The translations under genes were made by a program, and so were the position numbers. The notes beneath the pieces are model-generated. The model saw only the letters and a program-made list of their open reading frames with translations. It made no database searches and had not been told where the DNA came from. A DNA stretch of 64,000 bases from Candidatus Latescibacterota bacterium (GTDB lineage Bacteria; Latescibacterota; CBDEFO01), in assembly GCA_965237525.1 (NCBI GenBank), contig CBDEFO010000008.1:768001-832000 (forward strand). Reading direction: 5' to 3'. Below, piece after piece: positions 10,855 through 24,845 of the stretch (the stretch's first letter is position 1; each line of letters begins with the position of its first letter).

Positions 10855-11162
10855 GGCTTTCTAGCTCCTTAACTTTATAGAATGTAATTTTGGGCTTTGA
10901 AGGTCCTCCCAAAAGGTGGCGTGGGCACTGCGTGCGTTGCTCCGACCCCCCTTATCAAGGGGGGATACCGGGAGGTGATTGCAGGGGGCACGAAGTCAGC
11001 AGACCACGAAGTGGCGAAGTGATCGGAGAACTTTATCGACAAGAAAGGTTTAAGGATTCAAAGATAAGATAGCTGTGGATTTAAGTCAAGTGAAATTGTG
11101 ATTTTTTAGAAGAGTAATGACACATGGTATCCACCCTCACGGGATAATTTTGCCTATATTTA

Positions 11163-12684
11163 GAAGCCTTGTGAAAAACCCTTAGATTCAGAAAGTAGTA
11201 TAGAACAAGCATTGATAAAGCAGCTCCGATGTATTATATTATGTTATTGATAATATTATACATGGAGGAAACAATGACCCCACAAAAGCAGGAACAGACA
11301 AATCCGATGTTTCACTATTTTCAGATGGAGGATTTAGTTCCCGAGGATCATATCCTTCGTCAGATTGATGAGGCAGTTGATTTTTCATTTGTACGAGACG
11401 TTGTATCAGATTGTTATTGCCCTGACAATGGCAGACCCGGTATTGATCCTGAATTAGTTGTTCGAATGATCCTTATTGGCTATCTGTATAATTTGAGTGA
11501 GAATCGGCTCTGTCAGGAAGTGGGGATGCATGCGGCATATCGGTTGTTTTGTCATCAGACATTTGATGATGCGGTTCCGGATAGGAGCACGATCAACAAG
11601 CTTCGCAATCACAAGTGGGCATCCAGTGGGTTGTTTGAACGGATAATGCGTCAGGTAGTCCAGTGTTGCATAGATGTCGGTCTTGTGAGCGGTAAACACC
11701 TTAGTGTCGACGGCACTCAGATACAAGCTGATGCTTCAGTGAAAAGTATTGAGCCGATAGAACCCCCCTGTTTCTCTTGATGATTATCTCAAGGGAATCG
11801 GTTTTGAAGGTGATAAGACAAAGGGTAGGTCCGGGCATCCTCAGGATAAAGACTTTCATGGTGAAAAGTGGACGAACCAAACACACCGTTCGACTACAGA
11901 CCCCGACGCGCGCTTATACAGCAAATCGAAGGGCAAAGGGGCTTTTCTCTCGTTTATGGGCCATGATCTGATCGACACAAAAAGCAGAGTAATCCTTGAG
12001 ACTCAGGGCACGCAGGCGACAGGGACAGCAGAGCCCGAAAGTGCCCTTAAGATGGTAGATGACCTTGAAACATACACCATGCCCAAAGACATTCAGACAC
12101 TTAGTGCCGATACCGGTTACGGTTCTGGTAATTTTATCGCTGATGTACTTGACCGGGGAATCATACCCCATATTCCTCTGCGAGCCGATGAGAAGATTGA
12201 ACCGATTCCTACATGGAAAAACAAGACAAATTCAGCACATATTCAGGCCGAACGGGATAGAAAAGTGCGAGAGGCGAAAGCCAGAAATCATGCACGGTCT
12301 ATCTCATTAACAGCTGACTACAAACTCTCCCGGAGACTCCGTAAACGCAGTGAACATATCTTTGCTGAAGCCAAGCAACAACACGGTATGGGACGAGCCC
12401 GTTACAGAGGACCAGCCTCACTGAATGAACAGTTGAATCTTGTTGCAACAGTACAGAATCTCAAGAGGCTTGTATCTTTCATAAGAAGGGGGAAAGCGTC
12501 TATGTGTGCCCTGTCTGTCAAAGACAGTGCATCCTGTTCTTCAAACAGCTCCTGTTCCTTGCTGACCAGAACTCTGATAAGACTATTTTGCTTATTCCAC
12601 AGCAAAACGATACGATATGCTACTCTTTGACCCATAATCGGCGCTTCAGACGCTGCCTGGGACATAACTATTTCACAAGGCTTC
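11163..12684 (+). mobile_element. IS1182-family element copy 2; +1 C frameshift near 11763-11768
   Basis: Same TIRs and sequence as copy 1; C-run one base longer, splitting the ORF. Confidence 0.93.
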
Positions 12685-12688
12685 TAAT

Positions 12689-15600
12689 GTGACGCCACTT
12701 CTTGATGTGACATCTATTAGTCCTATCTCTGGCCCGGCATCGGGTGGTACTCCTGTTACGATAACAGGTAGCAATTTCCAAAGTGGAGCGACTGTTACCT
12801 TCGATGGTATCGCAGCCACAAATGTAGCTGTAAATCTTCTGGGCACTATTACAGCCAAGACTCCCGCTCATCCTGCTGGCACTGTGAGCGTACTAGTCAC
12901 AAATCCCGACGGCCAGGCAGACACGCTTATTAACCGATTTGGGTTCGGTGATCTTTTTGCTAACACCAAGATCGCTTTTGCGTCAGACCGAGATGGCAAC
13001 TTTGAAATCTACTCGATGAACGCTGATAGTACAAACCAGACACGGCTGACCAACAACCCGGCGATTGACAGCAGCCCTTCCTGGTCGCCTGAGGGGACGA
13101 AGATCGCCTTCCATTCAACGCGGGATGGCAACTATGAAACCTACGCGATGAATGCAGACGGGACAGATCAGGTCAATCTAACCAACGACCTGGCGTTTGA
13201 TGTCACTCCTTCTTGGTCACCTGATGGCACGAAGATTGCCTTTCGGTCATCCCGCGATGGCAACCCTGAAATCTACGTGATGAACGCAGATGGGACAAAC
13301 CCAACTAACGTGTCCAATAACCCGGCGCAGGAATTCAGCCCCTCTTGGTCGCTTGACGGGACGAAGATCGCCTTTCGTTCAGACCGCGATGGAAATGCGG
13401 AGATCTACGTGATGAACGCAGACGGTACAAGCCCGATACGGCTTACCAACAACCCTGCGGAAGACGGCAACCCTTCCTGGTCTCCTGACGGGACGAAGAT
13501 CGCCTTTTTTTCAAGCAATGACATCTACGTGATAAACGTCGACGGTACAAACCAAGTCACTCTGACCAATATCCCAGCGACTGACGGCAATCCTTCTTGG
13601 TCGCCGTTCCTTGTGACACCTGCTCCAGCCACGCCAGACCTCCAGATCGCAGGAAAGATTGTGTTCTACTCACAGCGGGATGGCAACAATGAAATCTACG
13701 TGATGAACGACGACGGCACGGGTCAGACTAGGCTCACCAACAATCCGTCATTGGATAGTGTACCTTCCTGGTCACCGGACGGCACCAAGATCACGTTTCA
13801 TTCTGAACGGACAGGAAACCGTGAAATCTTTGTCATGAATGCAGATAGTACAAATCTGATCCAAGTGACCAACAACCCGGCGTCTGACGATCATCCTTCC
13901 TGGTCGCCGGACGGCACCGAGATTGCGTTTGCCTCCAATCGGACCGGCTATTTGGAAGTCTTCGTGATAAATATCGATGGGACCAATCCGGTCAATCTGA
14001 CCAACAACTTGGCGAATGACAATTTTCCTTCTTGGTCGCCGGACGGGACAAAGATCGCGTTTTGGTCAGGTCGGTCGAATGGGGTTTGGGTGATGAATGT
14101 GGATGGTACTAATCCCGTTCAGCTTACCAGCGGAACAGGTGCCACGCTCATCGGCTGGTCACCCGATGGTACTAAGCTTGTCTTTACGAATAACGATGAA
14201 GTGTTCGTGATGAATACAGATGGGTCTGGACTGACCAATCTGACAAACAATCCTGCCGGTGATGGCGCACGATCGTGGTCACCGGATGGAACCAAGATTG
14301 TCTTGAATACAAACCGCGATGGCAACGCCGAGATCTATGTGATGAACAAGGATGGCAGCGGTTTGACCAGGCTTACGAACAATACGGCAACTGACGCCGC
14401 TGAAGAATGGGCGCCTTTCCGCCATATCGGCAGTGCTGCTGTCGGCACACCGGTATCCCGGACGATGACCATCCAGAATAAGGGACAAGGGCCACTCACG
14501 GTCAGCAACATCACCTCCAGCGGCGCGCAGTTCACGATTGCGCCGACAAGCTTCAATGTAGCAGCAGGGGACAGCCAGAATGTGACGGTGACATTCACTC
14601 CGACTTCAGCGGGGACGAAGTATGATACGCTGACGATCACGAGCAATGACCCTGATGACGGGATTGTTAGCCTGATTGTGAATGGGACGGGAACAGCCGC
14701 ACCAGACCTCCAGATTGACGGTAAGATCGCCTTTCACTCAACCCGTGACGGCAACTATGAAATCTACGAGATGAACGCAGATGGGACTAATCAAGTCAAC
14801 CTCACCAACAACCCGGGATTTGACGTTGGAGCTTCTTGGTCACCGGACGGAACAAAGATCGCTTTCAGGTCAGAACGCGATGGCAACTATGAAATCTACG
14901 TGATGAATGCCGATGGGACGAACCAGACATGGCTGACTAATGATCCGGCGCAAGATGTGGCGCCTTCCTGGTCGCCAGATGGCACAAAGATCATATTTAA
15001 TTCTCTGCGGACCGGTAACGGAGAAATCTTTGTAATGAATGCAGATGGGACCAACCCTGTCAATCTGACCAACAACCCAACTACTGACAGGGAGCCTTCT
15101 TGGTCGCCAGATGGAGGGAAAATCGCATTTGGTTCATTCCGAGGAGGGTCGGACGCGATTTGGGTGATGAATGCAGATGGTACAAATCCGGTTCAGCTTA
15201 CCAGTAATACAAGTAATAGTGCACATGGTTGGTCACCAGATGGCAGGAAGATCGTTTTTCAAAATCATATCGGAAACGATGAAATCTTCGTGGTGAATGC
15301 AGATGGGACTGGTCAGACTAACCTAACGAACAATCCTACTAGTGATGCTGCACCGTCCTGGTCACCTGATGGGAGCAAAATTGCCTTTCTTACAACCCGC
15401 GATGGCAATCAGGAGATCTACGTGATGAATGCAGATGGGACTGGTTTGACGAGACTTACGAACAACCCGGCAATTGACGCCAGTGCCGATTGGTTGCCGT
15501 TCCGCCACATCGGTAGTGCAGCTATCGGGACGCCGGTCTCCCGGACGATGACCATCCAGAATAAGGGACAAGGACCACTCACGGTCAGCAACATCACCTC

Positions 15601-18600
15601 CAGCGGTGGGCAGTTCACGATTGCTCCGGTCAATTTCAATGTAGCAGCCGGGGACAGCCAGAATGTGACTGTGACGTTCACTCCTACTTCGGTGGGGACA
15701 AAGTATGATACGCTGACGATCACAAGCAACGACCCGGATGATGGGACTGTGAGCCTGATTGTCAATGGGACAGGGACACCTGCGCCAGACCTCCAGATTG
15801 CAGGGAAGATTGCGTTCCAGTCAACTCGTGACGGCAACAGTGAAATTTATGTCATGAACCCAGACGGGTCAGCACAGATACGTCTAACCAATAACGCAGC
15901 TGATGATGGGGCGTCAAGTTGGTCTCCAGATGGCAGTAAGATCGCGTTTGGATCGAGTCGGGATGTAAACGGTGAGGTCTACGTGATGAATGCGGATGGG
16001 TCAGGCAAGACCAACCTGTCTAACAATTCAGCAGCGGAAGGGTCCCCAACCTGGTCGCCGGACAGCACAAAGATCGCATTTTCCTCCACTCGCGATGGGA
16101 ATGAAGAGATTTATGTGATGAATGCGGATGGGACCAACCAGACCCGCCTGACTAATAACGCAGCAGGTGATTCGGGGCCGAGCTGGTCTCCGGATGGCAG
16201 CAAGATCGCCTTCCACTCTAACGGTGAGATTTATGTGATGAATGCAGATAGTACAGGACAGACGCGATTGACCAATAACCCAGCGAGTGATGTGCATCCG
16301 AGTTGGTCTCCCGGCGGCAGCAAAATCGTGTTTGATTCTAATAGAGACGGAAACTACGAGATTTATATGATGAATGCAGATGGTACAGGTCTGACCCGCC
16401 TGACCAACAACGGAGCTGATGATGAGGACCCGTATTGGTCTCCGGATGGGAGTAGGATTATATTTCATTCACTTCGCGCCGGCAACGCCGAGATCTATGT
16501 GATGAACGCTGATGGGACAAATCCTGTCAATCTGACCAACATCCCAGGGGATGACCATGCTCCTTCTTGGTCGCCGTTCCGCTATATCGGCAGTGCTGCT
16601 GTCGGCACGTCGGTCTCCCGAATTATGACCATCCAGAATACAGGACAAGGGCCACTCACGGTCAGTAACATCACCTCCAGCGGCGCACAGTTCACGATGA
16701 CGCCGACGAGTTTCAATGTAGCAGCAGGTGACAGCCAGGACGTGACGGTTACATTCACTCCGACCTCAGCGGGTACGAAATACGACACGCTGACGATCAC
16801 CAGCAACGATCCGGATGATGGGACTGTGAGTCTGATTGTGAATGGGACGGGGACAGGCGCGCCGGATCTCCAGATTTCCGGGAAGATTGTCTTCTACTCA
16901 CAGCGGGATGGCAACAATGAAATCTACGTGATGAACCCCGACGGGACAGGTCTAACACGGCTGACTAATGATCCGGCGGACGATTTGGCGTCTTCCTGGT
17001 CGCCGGATGGCACCAGGATCGCCTTTTTTTCTGAACGGACTGGGAACCGTGATGTCTTTGTCATGAACGTGGATGGCACAAATCTGGTTCAACTGACCAA
17101 CACGCTGGCGGATGACGGTTCGCCTTCTTGGTCACCGGACGGGACGAAGATCGCGTTTTACTCTGGGCGGGACGGCAACGATGAAGTCTACGTGATGAAC
17201 CCCGATGGTTCTAATCCTGTCAATCTGACCAATAACCCTGCGGGTGACGCGGCTTCCTCCTGGTCGCCTGATGGGACGAAGATCGCATTTCTCTCAAACC
17301 GAGATGGGGTGGGATTTGGGGTTTGGGTGATGAACGCCGATGGGACCAATCCGGTTCAGCTTACCAGCGGAACATGTAATACTTTCATAGGCTGGTCACC
17401 CGATGGCACTAAGCTTGTCTTTGCCAATTGTCAGTCTGGGAATGATGAACTCTTCGTAATGAATGCAGATGGGACAGGACAGACCAACCTCACGAACAAC
17501 CCTGTCCCTGATGCTGGACGGTCCTGGTCACCGGATGGGAGTTAGGATTATCTTTACTACAAGGCGCGATGGTAACGATGAAATCTATATAATGAATGAC
17601 GATGGCAGTGGTTTAACCAGGATTACGAACAACTCTGCGAGTGACTCCCATCCTTCTTGGGAACCTTTCCGCCTCATCGGCAGTGCTGCCGTCGGCACAC
17701 TGGTCTCCCGGACGATGACCATCCAGAATAAGGGACAAGGGCCACTCACAGTCAGCAACATTACCCCCAGCGGCGCGCAGTTCACGATTACGCCGATCAG
17801 TTTCAACGTAGCGGCAGGGGACAGCCAGAACGTGACGGTGACGTTCACCCCGGACTCAGTGGGTACAGCGTATGATACGCTGACGATCACGAGCAACGAT
17901 CCGGATGATGGTACTGTGAGACTGATTGTGAATGGGACGGGTGTTGGAATCCAACCAGGGTACAATATTTCTGGAGTCGTGAGTTACTTCAGCGATTATA
18001 CCAAGACGACACCGAATGTCAATATGCGTTTGACCGAAGTAGGAGGAGCATTAGACTCCACTGTAGTAACAGGTGCCGATGGAGCCTATCTTTTCTCTTC
18101 GATCCCTGGAAGTGTAGATTACAATCTCGTGCCAGATAGATCCGATGTTCCTGCTAATTTATCAGGCACGATAGTAAGTCTTACTGATGCGGCGCTTACT
18201 CTAAGATGTGCTCTGGGTTTGGATATTTGCACTCCTGAGGAGAGGTGCGCTGCCGATCCAAACGGGGATGGAGGTGTGACCCTTACTGATGCGGCACTTG
18301 TCTTAAGGTTCGCCCTCAGTCTGGATGCTATATTCCCTATAGAAACATTCTGGGTATTTAAGCCTGACACTGCTACATTTGTTTCATTAACTGCAGATAC
18401 AGTTCAGAATTTCAAATCTATACTTGTGGGTGATGTTAACGGTAGCTTCAAGGACGAACCTGCTGTAAAGGTAGTCGCGAGGGAGTCCCATATCCGGGTA
18501 GGCATAGGGGAAGTAAAGGACAAAGTCGGGAAGTTTATCACTGTTCCTTTGATCGTCAGTGAGGTTGAAGATATGTACGGTGCTGGCTTTACGATAGACT

Positions 18601-19172
18601 ATCCCGATGATGTTCTGAGAATCAGGGACATTAGGACTACCCAACTGACCGATGGATATATGTTGGCATCGAATTTGGGTAAGGCGGACGCTGAGGGGCA
18701 AGTAATATTCGGGATGATTAATGCTACTCCACTGAGGGGCAGCGGTGCTATAGCGGAGTTGATATTTGAGGTAATAGGCGAAGACGTTAAATCTGCGTAT
18801 TTTGTGGTAGTGGATGGAGATCTGTATGATCTTAAAGGACCTATGGGTGTCCAATTGTACGATGGGGAGTTTATGGCTCTTCCGGAGCAGGCTTACTTAA
18901 GTCAGAACTATCCTAATCCGTTTAACCCGGAAACTACGATTGATTATGCTATTCCGAGCGGCATGGAGCTAACGCCAGTTTCACTGAATATTTATAATAT
19001 TTCCGGTCAAGTGGTCAGAACACTTGTGGATGAGGAGAAAGCACCTGGTTTCTATACGGCTGTATGGGACGGTAGAGATAAGGAGGACAAAGTTGTCAGC
19101 AGTGGAATTTATTTCTATCGCATCGTAACCGATAAGTTTATTTCTGTTAAGAAGATGGTGCTGTTGAAATAG
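12689..19172 (+). CDS. giant surface protein: IPT/TIG + five TolB-like (PD40) beta-propeller blocks + choice-of-anchor-D/ASH Ig domains + dockerin + cohesin + FlgD-Ig tail; one frameshift near 17540
   Basis: Many PSWSPDGTKIAF..RDGN.EIYVMNADG repeats; TLTITSNDPD Ig modules; ADPNGDGGVTLTDAALVLR dockerin; QNYPNPFNPETTI tail. ORFs 12689-17545 and 17463-19172 join across one extra base. An in-frame ATG at 11117 lies on the other side of IS copy 2. Confidence 0.85.
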
Positions 19173-19260
19173 TATCATATGATCTTCTCTTGAGACATAT
19201 TCAATTGATGTGTGACTTAGATTGACACCCTATGTTTTTCAGATAAGGAGCGGAAAGGTT

Positions 19261-22200
19261 ATGGACACTTTGAAACTGCTATTGAGATCAGTTATTCTTA
19301 TAGCCTTCTCTGTAACCGCGGCATACGCGTTTGATGCGGGTCAGCCGTTTACAGTAAGCTTGACCGGTATAAATGGCAGTCCTACTATCATAGCCAATCC
19401 AGGAGACGAGTTTCAAATTGAGGCGAGGGTCAGTTCGGTAACCAGGGGCCTATTCGGATTCTCCTCAAAATTTGGGTTTGATCCTAATGTTATAGAGATG
19501 GTTACACAGTTTGGGCAACCGATCATAGAGCGTGTTCCAGCATTGCCTGGTAATCCTTCACCTGCTGGTGGCATAGTAGCCGGCACTACTGATACTCTTA
19601 GTATGGGAGTTGTTGCATCTGATGGTGTTGGTGATTCGCCTGTCGGCGGTACCATTCTTAGGATTACGTTTAGAGTGAAGAGTACAGCTAATCCTGGAGA
19701 TTCGAGCCCGCTCAATTTGGTTAATGCTATCGTTAGTGTAGATACTCTTTTGGATTTTGGGCCTTTTGCTGGCATAGACATTCCTGCGGATACTCTTATA
19801 AGTGGATTTGTGCAGCTTCCTGGGGGTACTGGGGACATCGATGTATTTCCCCTTGCTATCGATTTTGGTACTGTCGTGGTAGGAGCATTACAAGAAGATG
19901 TGCTAGTTATTTCAAATACTGGTAATGCCACTTTGGTTTTGGGGACTCTGTCCAAGACTGGCCCTAATCCGACCGCTTTCACCTTTGCTCCTATTCTTGC
20001 CGATGTTTCCGGTTCGTCTATTGCCCCCGGTGATAGCATTTCGGTGGCTGCGAAGTTCAGTCCCGGTGTTGCAGGGCCTAAGAGTGCCACTTTGGTCATT
20101 CCGAGCAACGATCCTGACCCTGATGAAGATACTGTGTTTGTGGCTTTGGCAGGTATGAGTGTAGTTCCGCCCAATATAGTTGTTACTCCGACTTTTGTGG
20201 ACTTTGGTACTGTAGACGTGGGAGTTCAAAAGTCAGATACTTTAACGGTGAGCAATACGGGGGGGGATACTCTGAAAATCTTCCAGGTGTCTATTCCTCT
20301 TCCGCCCTTTAATGCGTTCCCAATTGGTCCGTTAAATGTCCTTCCGGGTGGATTAACCCAGATTGTGGTTCAGTTCCAACCTCCTTCTGCTGGAGCTTTT
20401 ATCGACACTCTGAAGATCACCAGCAACGACCCGGATACTCCGTCCTTAGGAGTTCCACTGACCGGAGAGGGTGTTGTGCCTCCTCCCTCTGCTTCTCGGT
20501 TTGGTGAGCCGTTTAGAGTAAGCTTGACCGGTATAGACGGCAGTTCCACTATCGTAGCAAATCCAGGAGAGGAGTTTCAGATTGAGGCTAGGGTCAGTTC
20601 GGTAACTAGGGGCCTATTCGGATTCTCCTCAAAATTTGGGTTTGATCCTAATGTGATAGAATTGGTTACACAGTTTGGGCAACCTATTATACAGCGTGTT
20701 CCGCTATTGCCTGGTAATCCTACACCTGCAGGTGGTCTGGTAGCTGGCACTAATGATACGCTTAGTATGGGTGTGGTCGCGTCGGATGGTGTTGGTGATT
20801 CACCTGTTAGTGGTCCAATTCTTAGGATTACATTTAGAGTGAAGAGCACAGCTAGTCCTGGAGGGTCAAGTCCACTCAATTTGGTTAATGCTGTCGTTAG
20901 TGTAGATACTCTTTTGGAATTTGGACCATTTTTGGGCATAGATATTCCTGCGGATACTCTTATAAGCGGATTAATTCAGGTTGCTGTGCCTGATACTTCC
21001 GATATTGCTGTCTCCCCAGAAAGAATAGATTATGGTATCGTATTGGTAGGCGGCAGTTCAGACAGTGCGATAACGATTAAGAACTTCGGTAGTAAGAACT
21101 TAGTCTTAGGGGATTTGTCTCTTACAGGTGCCGATGCAGGTGAGTTTTCTATTGCTATTCCTCCAAGTACCAGCATCTCACCAGGGGACATTAGTGGTGC
21201 CGTTATAAGATTCTCACCTCAGTCGGGTGGAACAAAGTCCGCAACCTTAGTGATTCCGAGTAACGATCCGGATGAGTCGTCTGTAAACGTGCCTTTGACA
21301 GGTACAGGTTTCGTTCTTGAGCCGGATATCGCGGTCGTTCCAGATACATTGGTAATTAGAGGTATTATTGTAGGAAGTACTCGTTTACTGAATGTAACAG
21401 TAAGCAATGTTGGTAATGCAGATCTCTATGTAACTGGCATTTCCTTGACCGGAGCTGTACAGTTCAGTCGGACAGATGGAGTGATTTCACCCTTTACGCT
21501 CGCACCTGGATCCGACACGACGTTGACGGTGCAATTTGCACCAGATTCAGTGGGATCATTCGACGGGACATTGACTATCACCAGCAACGACCCGGATAAG
21601 CCATCTGTGGATGTACCTTTGACTGGTGCAGGTATTGCTCTCTCTGCCCTTCAGGTTAGCATACCGCATATTACTGCGTCTCCGGGTGAACTCATTTCCT
21701 TCAGGCTTTCCTCTGGAGTACTAACCTCTATTGATACGGCAAAGGTAGCAATGGCAACCCCCGTTGATACACTAACCGGGCCCGGAACTCTTGCCTTCAT
21801 TAGAGTTAGCATCCCCCATACAGCAGTCCAGGGCGCTACCACACCCCTTGCTTTCCAGCGTCTTCTGTTTAATGACGGAGATCCGTCCGCAGTGACACAG
21901 GATGGATCGCTCACTGTTGTTGCTATTCTGGGAGATGTCAGCAGTAATGGGAGAGTTGGTGCCTTCGACGCGTCGTTGATTCTCAGGGAGGTAGTAGGGC
22001 TTATCACCTTACCTGATCCTGCATGGTCACACTTCACTTTATCTGTTGCCGATGTAAGTGGGGACGGGACGATTTCTCCTTTGGATGGAGCGCTCATCCT
22101 CCGGTTCGTTGTTGGGATTATAGATCGGTTCCCTGCGCAGGGAGGAGGGTTCTTCAAATTTGTCTCTTCTAAAAGAACTATTCGTTTAGGAGAACATGAG

Positions 22201-24135
22201 GAATTAGGTGATCGCCTCTTCCGCGTTCCGATTATCATAGACGAAATGGATGGAGTGCTTGCAGGCACGATTGAGCTTACCTTTGATCCTTCGCAGGTAA
22301 CAGTAGCAGAAGTCTTACTTGCCGAGTTGAGCGTAGATTATCTTTTTGAAAGTAATGTCATCGATGATAAAATCATCATCGCCTTTGCAGGAGCACAATC
22401 TCTATCAGGAAGCGGGGAAGTTGCACAGATTCTCTTTCAAACCGATATGATTGGGGAAGATATAACGGGAAGTGTTTCTCTGGGCCAGGTGGTACTGAAC
22501 GAGGGGCAAATCGGCGTGCAGATTGAGGAGAAACAGACATCGTATCCAGATACTTACCGATTATTTCAGAATTTCCCGAATCCTTTCAACCCAGAGACGA
22601 CAATTCGGTATTATCTGCCTTCCTCCAGCCCTCTCACGCTGACGATCTACAATCTGTCTGGACAGTTAATTCGGACACTTGTGGATGGTCACAGATCAGC
22701 CGGTAGCGGTTATTTATCAAATGAAATCGGTGCACTTCTCTTTCGATCTTTGATTGATCTTGAATGATAGGTTTTCGACAATCTTTGGTTTCTGTTCTTT
22801 TTCAAAATGGATGTATAATTGTTCTTCTTTTAGGTTCCATTCAGCCAGGACAAAGTAGTTGGTGTAAGAGGAGGGAAGAGATACTTTCTCATTTAGGACA
22901 TCGATAAAGGCTTTATCTGTCTGTTCTGTGTCCTGTTTGACTTGTCTGATAAAATAGGTCTTGGGAATGAAATCTTTCTCGTTTGACTTCTCTTGCTTAG
23001 GTGGACGGTAGCCGGTGTATCTCTGTGATGAAAGATTAAACCATTCTAACTTCTGATCAACTTCTTGTAAGCTTTTGAACTGAATTCTGTTCCAGAACTT
23101 CCTTGAAAATACAGAATTGTTGCCTTCTATAGATGCTTGAGAAAAGGGCCTTCTGGGAACGGCAAATATCGGAATCACTTGATTTTTCAAGAGAAACTGC
23201 ATTGCTTTGCTGACATTCCTTTTACCTGAAACACTGCCAATAGTCGCCGAGCAATTGTCCACCTTAACGAAATCTGGTTTTTCAAACCTGTCAAAGAAAG
23301 ACTGACACTTCTCGATAAAGTTAGTTGCTGTTTGACCGTCAACCCGCCGAAAATACCTTAACTTAGGCTCTTTCTTAAAGGAAAATCCAACGAAGTTGAC
23401 CGGCTCAGTTCTGCCGGTAAGATACTTTTTACCAATAAAGTCTGATTCTAGGACTCTGCCTCCTGAAAGATAGTAAATGGTATACTCTGGATAACAAAGA
23501 TAACGAGATGCACCCTTGTTTTTACCTTTCTTCCTTCTCTGGGAAAGTCCTAAATCTGAAAGCATTCTGCCGATAGTCGGCAACGACGGAGGAGGGGTGC
23601 TAGAATATCGATTCCTCCATTCTTGTTCAATAACAGTGGCTCCTGAATAGAACTGATAAGGATCGTCCTCTAAGCTATGGTAAATCTCTTTGATTCTCTG
23701 TTCGTCAACTTTAGCCAATTTTCGCCTTTTTCCTTTTGGCCAACCCCGATTATCCATGGCAAAATCCTGATCCGGAGATTTAGTCCAAGCCGTAACGAAA
23801 TCATTGGAAACTCTCGCTTGTTTGATAACTTCTCGCTTTGACATTTCTTTCTTAAAATACATCTCGTTGACTTCTTGTCTTAATACGGCCAATCTCTCTT
23901 TGTCCATAGGACTCCGTAGATTAAAGTTAAGACAATCAACTCAACTTAATCTACTAATACTCTAAACAAAGATCAAATTAGTTGCACCGATTTCATTTGA
24001 TATTCAACCGGTAGCCACTCAGTGGTATGGGATAGCACGGACGACACTAGCAATGCTGTGGCAAGCGGTGTATTTCTGTATCGGTTAGAGGCGGATGGAT
24101 TTGTGCAGATAAGGAAGCTGATATTGATGCGGTAG
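19261..24135 (+). pseudogene. secreted cohesin/Ig/dockerin/FlgD-Ig protein interrupted near its 3' end by the 1302-bp IS
   Basis: Signal peptide (..VTAAYA), duplicated cohesin-like module, GDVSSNGRVGAFDASLILR/ADVSGDGTISPLDGALILR dockerin, QNFPNPFNPETTI. Removing the IS restores HRSAGS-HSVVWD..SGVFLYRLEADGFVQIRKLILMR*. Confidence 0.85.
22708..24009 (-). mobile_element. 1302-bp DDE insertion sequence copy A (integrase-core, IS481-like transposase 22717-23907)
   Basis: Imperfect TIR GGTT..TATCAAATGAAATCGGTGCA; 6-bp TSD GGTAGC (22702-7/24010-5); motifs ESDF, VKVDN, QASIEGNN; protein identical to copy B. Confidence 0.9.
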
Positions 24136-24174
24136 GTTTCTAGACCCTTTTGTGAAGCTTACAGGATTGTACAC

Positions 24175-24200
24175 ATAGCCCGTCAGAGATGACGGGCTAT
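24175..24200. terminator. hairpin between the convergent surface-protein gene and tRNA-Asn
   Basis: ATAGCCCGTCA-GAGA-TGACGGGCTAT, 11-bp stem; U-tract weak. Confidence 0.6.
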
Positions 24201-24261
24201 CTTCTTGAACATTTACACCGCTATCGACTATAGGCGCAGTAGGTTTCTGCAACGAATTTCG

Positions 24262-24334
24262 CTCTCCCGGCAGGACTCGAACCTGCGACACGGTGGTTAA
24301 CAGCCACCTGCTCTGCCAACTGAGCTACGGGAGA
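24262..24334 (-). tRNA. tRNA-Asn (GTT), CCA not encoded
   Basis: Reverse complement TCTCCCGTAGCTCAGTTGGCAGAGCAGGTGGCTGTTAACCACCGTGTCGCAGGTTCGAGTCCTGCCGGGAGAG. Confidence 0.96.
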
Positions 24335-24845
24335 GTGACAGTTGTATGCAACAGTTTCAGTACAAAATTGGCCCTTGAACAAGCAGGACGTCCAGTTTCT
24401 CCCCGAAAAGTTCTTCGATCACTCTTCGGAGGTTACGTATGATGGCGATCGTCCCCTGCGACACGGAGTCGCCCCCGATTGTTTCTATCGGGGATCTGGG
24501 GGTCGAGATTTCTGGGGATCCCTTTGCAAAATGTTCAAGCTTTATTGCCACATGTAAAGATAAAATCTAATCTATCCTTTTCCAGATGTCAATAGCAAAA
24601 AGTGCTGGCCTACCAAATTTTAACAGGGCTGCTGCAACGTGTACTCAGTCTTGAACTATAGGGCTCCCCAGCTGATTTTGTCAGCAGAGACTGATTTTAC
24701 CCAAGCGGTCAGATAGGACAGAGTTCTACGATATGCCTTCTAAGGCTGTTTTTCGCTTGACTCCTGTATCTTTGTATGTTTATCTTTTGTTAATAATCAA
24801 TCATATAAAACCTTAATTCTCCAATAAGGAGCAAGGGTCTCTGCA

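Noticed and set aside
12960..17940. CRISPR-like or non-coding repeat array
   Set aside because: Repeats are degenerate, in frame and encode propeller/Ig modules; no repeat-spacer structure or cas genes anywhere in the window
24342..24557. Short ORFs on both strands next to tRNA-Asn; possible att-site island
   Set aside because: No recognisable motif, integrase or tRNA 3' duplication found
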